NCBI GenBank assembly: GCA_964633875.1
Contig: CAZWKL010000001.1
Coordinates: forward strand, 193,841 to 257,840
DNA from: an uncultured Pseudomonadales bacterium
GTDB lineage: Bacteria; Patescibacteriota; Microgenomatia; UBA1400; PJMF01
Reading direction: 5' to 3'
Length of the DNA stretch: 64,000 bases
This document shows, in pieces, positions 39,262 through 48,010 of the stretch. The number at the start of each line of letters is the position of its first letter. Position 1 is the stretch's first letter. The position numbers were made by a program, and so were the translations under genes. The notes beneath the pieces were generated by a model. It was not told the DNA's origin. It did no database searches and saw only the letters and a list, made by a program, of their open reading frames with translations.

Positions 39262-40256
39262 GCCGCTTTCAAAAGAGAAGAAAAATAGGTTATTGTTGGT
39301 TTCAAGCCGTCCTGAAAACTGGTTTGCGGCTCCCACTCGAGTATCTTTTTAGCCTTGCTGATATCCGGCCGCCGCCGGGTGGGATCGTCCGCCGGCAGTT
39401 TTTGGTACTCCAGTTTTGGCTCCCCGGCTTCCGGTCGAACAACTTGGTGCACTTCTGCAACCGTTTGCAAAACCGTATACTCATCAGCATTACCAATATT
39501 GATAGTTTCGCCCTTCAAACCCTCAAGCGCAGCCAGGCGCAGAATTCCTTCCACTTCATCATCAATAAAACAGTAGGAACGGGTCTGGCTGCCATCGCCA
39601 AAAATAGTGTAGGCTTCCTGGTTTAAGGCCTGGTTGATCAGGTTAGGAATGACCCGGCCATCCAAGGGATCCATCCGTGGGCCGTAAGTGTTGAAAATCC
39701 GCACAATCCTAATATCCATCTTAAAATCCCGCTCATGCACGCCGCAAATAGTTTCACCCATCCGCTTGCTTTCGTCATAGCAGGAACGCTCACCGTTGGG
39801 ATTAACATTGCCCCAATAGCTTTCTTTTTGCGGATGCTCCAGCGGATCACCATAAATTTCCGAAGTGCTGGCAAAAACAAAGCGTGCCTGCGGATTGGTG
39901 GAGCGCAAGTACTGCAACAAGTTGTGAGTGCCGACGGTGTTCACCAAGTAGGTTGCTACCGGCTCAGCCTGATATCGAGGCGGGCTGGCAGGGGAAGCAA
40001 AATGCAAAACCGCATCAAGCTTCAACTTTCCAGGCAGGTATGAGTCAGCCTGCGTTATTACATCGGCCTCAATAAAAGTAAAGTTCTCGCTCTCAATATG
40101 TGCCAGGTTTTCCCTGCGACCGGTCATAAAATTATCCACCCCCACCACTCGCGCCCCCAGCGCCAACAAACGGTCGCAAAGATGCGAACCAATAAACCCG
40201 GCGGCTCCGGTCACTAACACTGTTTTATCGGTAAAATATGAAAGACTGTGATGCAT
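39258..40256 (-). CDS. UDP-glucuronate decarboxylase (UDP-xylose synthase)-like SDR
   Basis: HFASPASP, ASTSEIYGDP.HPQ.ESYWGNVNP.GERSCYDESKR, RIFNTYGPRM, DDP.RRRPDI. Confidence 0.9.
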   Translation of the reverse strand: MHHSLSYFTDKTVLVTGAAGFIGSHLCDRLLALGARVVGVDNFMTGRRENLAHIESENFTFIEADVITQADSYLPGKLKLDAVLHFASPASPPRYQAEPVATYLVNTVGTHNLLQYLRSTNPQARFVFASTSEIYGDPLEHPQKESYWGNVNPNGERSCYDESKRMGETICGVHERDFKMDIRIVRIFNTYGPRMDPLDGRVIPNLINQALNQEAYTIFGDGSQTRSYCFIDDEVEGILRLAALEGLKGETINIGNADEYTVLQTVAEVHQVVRPEAGEPKLEYQKLPADDPTRRRPDISKAKKILEWEPQTSFQDGLKPTITYFSSLLKAA

Positions 40257-40351
40257 AAGGCAGATTAACTAGATAGCTTTTAAAAAATCAGCAATCAAGG
40301 TATGATTATATGGTTAAATTGAACTTAGCACAACACGCTTGAAATAAGTGT

Positions 40352-41872
40352 ATGAATAAATTCTGGCTTCTTTGGAGAAATTATCAACAATACTTGCCGC
40401 CCGCCATCATTTTATTAGTAGCTCTAATACTTAGATTGCCGTTGCTCAACGGCTCATTTTGGCTGGATGAAGCGGCACAAGCGCTTGAGTCCGCCCGGCC
40501 ACTCTCAGCCCAGCTCGATATCATTCCCGATTTTCAACCACCACTATTACATCTCATCACTCATTTTGCGCTTTATGTTTCTAGCGCCGAGTGGTGGCTC
40601 AGAACCATTGGCGCTCTTATTCCTGGACTAATCACTGTTTGGGCCACTTTTGAACTTGGCAAAAAACTGGCCGGTGGCTTTGCCGGTTCGATTGCCGCTT
40701 TGCTGCTGGCTACCAACTCTTTTCATATTTTTTATTCCCAAGAACTCAGACCTTATTCGTTAGCAACCATGTTCGCACTGCTGGGTTGGCTGATTCTAGC
40801 CAACTGGAAGAAGTACCGGCCCAAAAACAGAGTGCTGGGACTAAGCGTTGTCACCGCCCTGGGACTATATTCGAGCTACCTTTATCCTTTTGTAGTTTTT
40901 TCCCAGGCCCTCTACTGTTTTATTTTTAAGAAAAAATTTCATCAACAATTTGTTACTGCCTTCAGCTTTGGCGCTTTGGCTTTTTTGCCTTGGTTGCCTA
41001 CTTTTTTGCGACAACTTGAAGCAGGTCAGTATCTGCGCCAAGTTATACCAGGGTGGGAAACGGTGGTGAGTTTGTCACAGCTAAAAGCTCTACCTTTAAC
41101 TTTGGGCAAGTTTCTTTATGGAATTATCAACATTGATTTTACTCCGGCCTATATTATTCCCACGCTCATGATCTCGAGCTTGCTGGCAATGCTGTTAGCT
41201 TCCGATTACCTAACTAACCGCACCAAAACCAGAAAATATTTCAAGATCATGACTGTCTGGATACTTTTTCCGCTACTCACTGCTTGGACAATTTCTTTTG
41301 TTGTTCCCGTCATCAGCCCCAAGCGCATCCTGTTTTTACTACCTCTCATGTACCTTTATATCGCTATTGTTGTCGGTCCATATTTGCAAGATAAAGCTAC
41401 TAGTTTGAGAGGAGGCTTGGCGGTGTTAGTAATAATTATTCTGGCTCTCATCAACATGGGTGGCGTCATGCAATATTATTCGCAGCCAAGCTTGCAGCGC
41501 GAAAACTGGCGCCAACTCTACCGGCAAATGTCAATTCAATATCCAGCCGATACTAGTGTTGCGGTTTATTCCTTCCCGGAGCCTTTTGCGCCGATGCGCT
41601 GGTATGACACTCAAAATTATCCGGCAATCACTACTGGAGAATTGCATGTCGATCGGGTAAAAAACCTGCCTGGGCAGCTTAAAAACATCACCAATTATAG
41701 ATATGTTTTGGTTTTTGATTACCTCATGGATCTGACTGATCCTCAACGAAAAGTACTCGCGGTGATTCGTGATTTCGGCTATCATGAAGTTGACCAGTTG
41801 GATTATCCCAACATCGGTTTTGTCAGGGTTTTTACTCAAAGCGAAACCGTAACCGCGCAATTATCAAACTAA
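40352..41872 (+). CDS. GT-C membrane transferase, PMT/ArnT-like
   Basis: SFWLDEA, DFQPPL, EWWLR, YSQELRPY, RENWR. Confidence 0.82.
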   Translation: MNKFWLLWRNYQQYLPPAIILLVALILRLPLLNGSFWLDEAAQALESARPLSAQLDIIPDFQPPLLHLITHFALYVSSAEWWLRTIGALIPGLITVWATFELGKKLAGGFAGSIAALLLATNSFHIFYSQELRPYSLATMFALLGWLILANWKKYRPKNRVLGLSVVTALGLYSSYLYPFVVFSQALYCFIFKKKFHQQFVTAFSFGALAFLPWLPTFLRQLEAGQYLRQVIPGWETVVSLSQLKALPLTLGKFLYGIINIDFTPAYIIPTLMISSLLAMLLASDYLTNRTKTRKYFKIMTVWILFPLLTAWTISFVVPVISPKRILFLLPLMYLYIAIVVGPYLQDKATSLRGGLAVLVIIILALINMGGVMQYYSQPSLQRENWRQLYRQMSIQYPADTSVAVYSFPEPFAPMRWYDTQNYPAITTGELHVDRVKNLPGQLKNITNYRYVLVFDYLMDLTDPQRKVLAVIRDFGYHEVDQLDYPNIGFVRVFTQSETVTAQLSN

Positions 41873-41884
41873 CCGGAAAGTCTT

Positions 41885-43030
41885 ATGCGCCTGGGTATTG
41901 ATATTACTTCGATTTTGTATCAGCGGGGAGTATCGCGCTATACCAATAATTTAGTGCGGGCTTTGGCTCAAGAAAAGAACTTAGAGCTGAATTTGTTTGG
42001 CTCTTCGCTCAGGCAATACAGCCAACTCAACAACATTGCTGATGACATTCTTGACTTAACTGAAAATGGTAAAAAAAGGATTTTCCGCCTACCTCCGACT
42101 GCTTTAGCTAAACTTTGGCGTTTTGGTCAAAAGAAAATTCATCCGGAAATGCCTGGTATTGAGGTTTTTCATTCCTGGGATTGGCTCCAGCCGCCAGATC
42201 AAACTTTTCCTCTGGTTTCTACTGTTCACGATTTGGCTTTGTTGAAGTTTCCTGAAACGGCCCACTCAAAGATCAAAAAAATGCATCAGCGTTCTTGGGA
42301 AGTGCTGAAAAAAAGACAGTCCCACCTGATCGCGGTCAGCCGCAGCACTAAAAAAGATCTTGTTGAGTTGCTTGGCTACCCGCCGTATTTGGTTCATGTC
42401 ATTTATGAAGCTTTGCCGCGCGAGTACCGCCAGGTTTCTGATAGTCTTGATGAAGAAAAGTATGAAGTCATTAAATCTCGACTTGAACTGAACAAGCCTT
42501 ATGTTTTTTTTGTTGGCACCAGAGAGCCGCGCAAAAATCTGGTGAGGCTGATTCAAGCCTGGGAACCGTTACACCAAGACGTTGCTTTGGTTATCGCCGG
42601 CGAGAGCGGCTGGGACGAAACCGAGGAATTCAATTCTGAAAAAATGCGCCAGAAAGGACTGAGGTTTCTGGACAAAGTCAGCGATGAAGAATTGGCCGTG
42701 CTTTACGCCGAAGCCCAAGTTTTTGCTTATCCGTCTTTGTATGAAGGTTTTGGCCTACCCATTTTGGAAGCTTTCCATGAAGGCACACCCGTGATCACCA
42801 GCAATAACTCAGGAATGCTGGAGGTGGCTGGCAATGCGGCCGAACTAATTGATCCCTACGAAGTAGCCAGTATCCGCCAAGGTTTGGAAAAAATCCTCAG
42901 CGAAAGTACGGCCGAGCAACAAAAACGCTTGCAACGGATGATTATTAGATTACAAATGTTTGGTTGGGACAGGGTAGCCAAAGAAACTCTCGAGGTGTAT
43001 AAACAAGCTATCACGGATTTTAATGAATAA
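41885..43030 (+). CDS. GT4 glycosyltransferase
   Basis: GVSRY, TVHDL, GTREPRKN, PSLYEGFGLPILEA. Confidence 0.95.
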   Translation: MRLGIDITSILYQRGVSRYTNNLVRALAQEKNLELNLFGSSLRQYSQLNNIADDILDLTENGKKRIFRLPPTALAKLWRFGQKKIHPEMPGIEVFHSWDWLQPPDQTFPLVSTVHDLALLKFPETAHSKIKKMHQRSWEVLKKRQSHLIAVSRSTKKDLVELLGYPPYLVHVIYEALPREYRQVSDSLDEEKYEVIKSRLELNKPYVFFVGTREPRKNLVRLIQAWEPLHQDVALVIAGESGWDETEEFNSEKMRQKGLRFLDKVSDEELAVLYAEAQVFAYPSLYEGFGLPILEAFHEGTPVITSNNSGMLEVAGNAAELIDPYEVASIRQGLEKILSESTAEQQKRLQRMIIRLQMFGWDRVAKETLEVYKQAITDFNE

Positions 43031-44228
43031 GCCAAAAACCATTCACATCGCCCTTGATGGCAACGAAGCCAATATTACTGATCGCGTCGGCAGCAATGTT
43101 TATGCTTTTGAAATTTTGTCTGCTCTCGAGAAAATCACCAGAAACAAACCAGACGTGCAATTTTCCGTGCTGCTGCGCTCAGAGCCAATTACTGACTTAC
43201 CAACAGCCCGTGCCGGCTGGGAATACCAAATTTTTGGTCCGGCCAAGCTCTGGACTCAATGGGCGCTGCCACTGCACTTGTTTATGCATCGCCAGAAGTA
43301 CGATCTTTTGTTCAGTCCCGGTCACTACACACCGCAACTCTGTCCTGTACCCTATGTTTCCTCGGTAATGGATACCGCTTATCTGGAATACCCTCAGTAT
43401 TTCCAGCAAAAAGACTTGTTGCAACTGACTAAATGGACGGAAAGAGCCGTGAAGCACGCGGCTAAAGTGGTGGCCATCAGCGAGCAAACCAAAAAATCGG
43501 TCATTAAACATTACCACCGCTCTCCCAATGATGTCGTAGTGGCCTATCCGGCTTTCACCGGTCAAAATCTGGCGCTCAATTATCAGGAAACCAAAGCATT
43601 TTTTAAACGCCATACCATTTCCGAGCCTTACCTGCTTTTTGTCGGCACCCTTCAGCCCAGAAAAAACATTGTCACCTTAATTGAGGCTTTTGAAATTTTT
43701 AGCCGCATGGTGGCGGGCCGGGCTTTGAAATCCAGACGGTCTAAGCGCAAAACCACCCGACTCAAGCCTGCTAAGCTGGTGTTGGCGGGCAAAGTGGGTT
43801 GGCTGGCTGATGATATTCTTGAGCGTATTGAAAGCTCACCTGTCAAAAAACGGATCATTCGCACCGGCTTCATCAGTCAAGCAGAGAAGGGCACTTTGTA
43901 CAAAAATGCTTTCGCCAGTATTTTAGTAGGCTTGTATGAAGGTTTCGGCATTCCGCCTCTGGAATCTTTAACCTGGCAGACCCCCCCCATTGTTTCCAAC
44001 ACCAGCAGTTTGCCTGAGGTAGTTGGCAAAGCCGGTTTGACCGCCCACCCGCTTAATCCACAACAAATCGCTGAGCAAATTTGGCAAGCTTACACCATGA
44101 ACAACTCCCAAAAAGCCAGTTTCCGGCGCAAAGCCCGCGAACAACTCAAAAAATTTTCCTGGGAAAAATCAGCAGCAACCATTCTTGACACGCTGGAGGA
44201 TCTCGCCCGTCATCAGTCACAGCACTAA
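43023..44228 (+). CDS. GT4 glycosyltransferase
   Basis: VGSNVY, GTLQPRKN, YEGFGIPPLE, FSWE. Confidence 0.93.
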   Translation: MNKPKTIHIALDGNEANITDRVGSNVYAFEILSALEKITRNKPDVQFSVLLRSEPITDLPTARAGWEYQIFGPAKLWTQWALPLHLFMHRQKYDLLFSPGHYTPQLCPVPYVSSVMDTAYLEYPQYFQQKDLLQLTKWTERAVKHAAKVVAISEQTKKSVIKHYHRSPNDVVVAYPAFTGQNLALNYQETKAFFKRHTISEPYLLFVGTLQPRKNIVTLIEAFEIFSRMVAGRALKSRRSKRKTTRLKPAKLVLAGKVGWLADDILERIESSPVKKRIIRTGFISQAEKGTLYKNAFASILVGLYEGFGIPPLESLTWQTPPIVSNTSSLPEVVGKAGLTAHPLNPQQIAEQIWQAYTMNNSQKASFRRKAREQLKKFSWEKSAATILDTLEDLARHQSQH

Positions 44229-44231
44229 ATT

Positions 44232-44768
44232 ATGAAAACCAACACCACCGTCATTAGCATTGACCCGGGCTTTGACCGGGTGGGTTGGGCAGTCGGCAGG
44301 ATCAGCGGTAATAATTATACTTTGGTAGCGGCCGGCTGCCTGGAAACCAACAAAAAAACCGCCATTTTTGACCGCTATGGCGAGATTTTACAAGGCTTGG
44401 AAGAGATTTTAAGCCAGCACACTCCCCTTGAAGCTGCCATCGAAACTCTTTATTTTTCCAAAAATCGCAAAACCGCTATTCGCGTTAGTGAAGCCAGAGG
44501 CCTGATCATTGGTGCGCTGATGAAACATCAACTGAGTATTTTTGAGTACCATCCTGGTGAAGTTAAGCTCGCTGTCACCGGTTATGGTAATGCTGACAAG
44601 CCAGCCATAGCCAAAATGGTTCGTCTGCAGACCAATCTCAACCATGACAAACTCATCGACGACGCCATCGACGCGATTGCTGTTGGTATGACTCACGCCA
44701 TCACTGCCGGCATGCGCCAGGCTACGGAACAGACCAAAGCAACACTCAACAAAGCCCGAAGTTCATAG
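44232..44768 (+). CDS. ruvC: Holliday junction resolvase
   Basis: IDPG, AIETLYF, EARG, VKLAVTGYGNADK, DDAIDAIA. Confidence 0.96.
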   Translation: MKTNTTVISIDPGFDRVGWAVGRISGNNYTLVAAGCLETNKKTAIFDRYGEILQGLEEILSQHTPLEAAIETLYFSKNRKTAIRVSEARGLIIGALMKHQLSIFEYHPGEVKLAVTGYGNADKPAIAKMVRLQTNLNHDKLIDDAIDAIAVGMTHAITAGMRQATEQTKATLNKARSS

Positions 44769-44780
44769 TATGCTCAACTT

Positions 44781-45359
44781 ATGTTTGCTTTAATTACGGG
44801 AAAACCTCTTATTTTCAAAGATCAACTGATTCTTGATGTTAATGGGGTTGGTTATGATATTCAGGCCAGCAACGCCACTCTTCAACACTGCGCCAACCAA
44901 GATGAAGTTTCTTTACACATTTATACTCATGTTCGTGAAGACAGAATTGAGCTGTATGGCTTTGTTCAGCCACAAGAAAAGGAGTTGTTTGAGCTGCTCA
45001 TCGATGTGTCCGGGGTTGGTCCCAAGACTGCCTTGAGCATTACTGAAAAGGGTAGTGCCGCTTTGGTAGAAGCCGTGCAGCAAGCCAATGTTGCCTTTTT
45101 TAATAAAGTACCTCGAGTGGGTAAAAAATCTGCTCAAAAAATTATTATTGAGCTGAAAACCAAGTTGGGTGGGCTGAAGGACCTGGATCTCAAGCCTCTC
45201 TCCAGCAAAGAGTGGGAAATTAGCGAGGCGCTTCAATCTCTGGGTTTTTCCGAAAGTGACAGCGAGATGGTTTTAAAACAACTGGACGTGGAGGAGTTGG
45301 CTCTTGAAGAAGCCGTACAAAAGGCGATACAGTTAATGGGCAAAAGGCAGTATGAATAG
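44781..45359 (+). CDS. ruvA: Holliday junction DNA-binding protein
   Basis: VNGVGY, HVRED..LYGF, VSGVGPKTA, VPRVGKKSAQKIIIELK. Confidence 0.96.
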   Translation: MFALITGKPLIFKDQLILDVNGVGYDIQASNATLQHCANQDEVSLHIYTHVREDRIELYGFVQPQEKELFELLIDVSGVGPKTALSITEKGSAALVEAVQQANVAFFNKVPRVGKKSAQKIIIELKTKLGGLKDLDLKPLSSKEWEISEALQSLGFSESDSEMVLKQLDVEELALEEAVQKAIQLMGKRQYE

Positions 45360-46362
45360 CATCAACAACAACTTAGTCGATGAGTCCAACAATGAAGAAG
45401 AACTACTGTTCACTTCTCTTAGGGCTTCTGATTGGGGAGAGTTTCGAGGTCAAGAACAAATTAAACAATCGCTGCAAATTGCTATTCAAGCCGCCCGTGG
45501 GCGCCAGGAGTCTTTAGATCATATTTTGTTTTATGGCCCGCCAGGACTCGGCAAAACTACCCTCTCTCACCTGATTGCCAAGGAACTTGATGTCAATATT
45601 CGCATCACCTCGGGCACTGCTCTCACCAAAACCGGCGATTTAGCCGCTATTCTCACCAACCTCAGCCCGGGCGACATCTTGTTTGTAGATGAAATTCACC
45701 GCCTGCCCAAAAATGTCGAAGAAACCCTTTATCCGGCTATGGAAGATTTTGCCCTGGATATTGTGATTGGTAAAGGTCCCTCGGCGCGAACGATCAGGCT
45801 TGATTTGCCCAAGTTTACTTTAGTTGGGGCTACTACCAGGTTTGGTTTGTTGACTGGGCCGTTTCGCGACCGTTTTGGCCTGACCCACCGGCTCGAATAC
45901 TACGACCCCGATATCCTGGCAGTAATTTTGCACAAAGCGGCAGAAAAACTCAGTATCAATTTGGAAGAACAGGCAGCTTTAGAAATTTCCAGACGCTCTC
46001 GCGGCACTCCCCGGATTGCCCTCAAATTGCTCAAGCGCGTGCGTGATTACGTGCAAGTAGGCGGCCGTGACGCTATTGAGCCTCAAGACGTAGTTTCAGC
46101 CCTAAAAATGTTTGCCATTGATGAAAGAGGCTTGAATGAGTCCGACCGCAAGCTAATTTTGCAAATCATCGAAAAACATCGAGGTGGCCCGGTGGGAATT
46201 TCTACTATTGCTGCTACCCTCAACGAAGACGCACTCACTATTGAAGAAGTTTTTGAGCCCTACCTGCTCCAGATTGGTATTCTCAAACGTACGCCCAAAG
46301 GCAGGATGATTACCAAAGCCGGCTACGAGCATCTGGGTCTCAACTACCCCCATACCGAGTAA
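45352..46362 (+). CDS. ruvB: Holliday junction branch-migration helicase
   Basis: GPPGLGKTT, FVDEIHRL, LYPAMED, GATTR, RDRFG, RGTPR, EPYLLQ. Confidence 0.98.
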   Translation: MNSINNNLVDESNNEEELLFTSLRASDWGEFRGQEQIKQSLQIAIQAARGRQESLDHILFYGPPGLGKTTLSHLIAKELDVNIRITSGTALTKTGDLAAILTNLSPGDILFVDEIHRLPKNVEETLYPAMEDFALDIVIGKGPSARTIRLDLPKFTLVGATTRFGLLTGPFRDRFGLTHRLEYYDPDILAVILHKAAEKLSINLEEQAALEISRRSRGTPRIALKLLKRVRDYVQVGGRDAIEPQDVVSALKMFAIDERGLNESDRKLILQIIEKHRGGPVGISTIAATLNEDALTIEEVFEPYLLQIGILKRTPKGRMITKAGYEHLGLNYPHTE

Positions 46363-46381
46363 ATTCTGTTAGAATAAGGAT

Positions 46382-46990
46382 ATGAAGACTTCCAATACCG
46401 GCCGCACCTCCCTGAGTGAAAAAATTATCAACCGCCTGATTACTCTTTGGCTAGAGTTGGTCACCGGCTTTCTGTGGTGGTTGGTGGGTGAAATTCCCTC
46501 TCATACTTTTCGTAAATTTTTCTACCGCCTGGCCGGGATGAAAATTGGCAAAGGTAGTACTTTGCACATGCGAGCCAGAATTTTTGATCCCCGCCACATT
46601 GCAATCGGGAAAGACACCATCGTTGGTGAGCGGGCCACTTTAGATGGTCGCCAACAGCTCAAAAACTCTGAGGGTGGCCTGGAAATTGGTAGCCATGTCG
46701 ATATCGCCTCCGAAGTAATGATCTGGACCAGCCAACATGATCTGGCCGACCCAAACCTTAAACCCATAGAAGCAAAAGTGAGCATTGGTGATTATGTTTT
46801 TATTGGCCCGCGTGCCATCATTCTTCCTGGAGTGAAGATTGGTAAAGGCGCGGTGGTGGCAGCTGGCGCGGTGGTTACCAAAAACGTACCTGACTTTACC
46901 ATGGTAGCCGGAGTGCCCGCGGCTAAAATCGGCATGCGCCGGAATCAAAATCCAAATTACACCCTAGGCAGAGCCAGGTTGTTTCAATAA
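46382..46990 (+). CDS. Hexapeptide-repeat (LbH) O-acyltransferase
   Basis: IGDYVFIG..AIILPGVKIGKGAVVAAGAVVTK.V..AGVPA. Confidence 0.9.
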   Translation: MKTSNTGRTSLSEKIINRLITLWLELVTGFLWWLVGEIPSHTFRKFFYRLAGMKIGKGSTLHMRARIFDPRHIAIGKDTIVGERATLDGRQQLKNSEGGLEIGSHVDIASEVMIWTSQHDLADPNLKPIEAKVSIGDYVFIGPRAIILPGVKIGKGAVVAAGAVVTKNVPDFTMVAGVPAAKIGMRRNQNPNYTLGRARLFQ

Positions 46991-46999
46991 ACTAAAATT

Positions 47000-48007
47000 A
47001 TGGCTAAGCAAGAGACGCTTCTCACCATTATTGTTGTTTCGTACAACACCAAAGACTTGACGCTCCAAGCGCTTTACTCAGCCATTCAAGATATTCTGGC
47101 TTCTCCCGAATTAGCAGAAAAATGCGAAATTATTGTTATAGATAATAATTCCAAGGACGACTCCGTCGCCGCCTTGAAAAAATTTGCTAAAACCAGCTCG
47201 GTGCCGATCAAAATCATCACCAACTCAAGAAATCTGGGATTTTCAGCCGCTAATAATCAAGGCATTGATCAAGCTGCTGGCGAGTACCTGCTGCTGCTGA
47301 ACTCAGACACGCTGGTACAAGCCGGCGCGCTGCAAAAAATGGTGATGAGCTTTCAGGAAATTCAGCGGGCCGAAAGCACGGCGGTACTAAGCAGCGAATC
47401 CGGCAAACTTGACAAACTGGGAATTTTGGCCGCTTCTCTCATTAACTGGGACGGCACTTATCAGCCGCAAGGTGGGGACAAACCCGCTCTCTTTTCGATT
47501 TTCACCCACATGTTTTTCTTGGATGATATCCCTTTTCTGGGCCGGTTTTTGCCCTCAACTCAGCATACTGGCAAAAATACCAGGTTCAGCAATCCCGACA
47601 ACGACAAGCTGATTCAAAAATACTGGGTCGGTGGCACAGCCATGATGATTCATCGCGATGTCATTAAAGAAATCGGCAATTTGGACTCCAATATTTTCAT
47701 GTACGGAGAAGACGTGGAATTTTGTATCAGAGCTAAAAAGCATCACTGGGACGTAGCCGAGCATCCCAATGCTAAAATTACTCACTTTTCCAGTGCCAGT
47801 GCCGGCAGCAAAAACGCCATTGTTGGTGAATTCAAGGGCTATTATTACATCTGGTCAAAACACCTGCCTTTGTGGCAACTGCCAATGCTGCGACTGATCC
47901 TGCAAGCCGGCGCTCTCCTGAGAAAATTTATCTTTGGTACAATGATGAAGGACGAAGCGCGGGCGGCGATTTACACCGAAGCCATGCAGGCGCTGCCTAA
48001 GAAATAA
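47000..48007 (+). CDS. GT2 glycosyltransferase (WbbL-like)
   Basis: VVSYNT, IDNNSKD, NLGFSAANN, LLNSDT, FMYGEDVE. Confidence 0.92.
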   Translation: MAKQETLLTIIVVSYNTKDLTLQALYSAIQDILASPELAEKCEIIVIDNNSKDDSVAALKKFAKTSSVPIKIITNSRNLGFSAANNQGIDQAAGEYLLLLNSDTLVQAGALQKMVMSFQEIQRAESTAVLSSESGKLDKLGILAASLINWDGTYQPQGGDKPALFSIFTHMFFLDDIPFLGRFLPSTQHTGKNTRFSNPDNDKLIQKYWVGGTAMMIHRDVIKEIGNLDSNIFMYGEDVEFCIRAKKHHWDVAEHPNAKITHFSSASAGSKNAIVGEFKGYYYIWSKHLPLWQLPMLRLILQAGALLRKFIFGTMMKDEARAAIYTEAMQALPKK

Positions 48008-48010
48008 AAT

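Noticed and set aside
40310-40342. 10-codon uORF (MVKLNLAQHA) before the GT-C at 40352
   Set aside because: Only 3 nt from the TATGAT box and without attenuator features; likely chance
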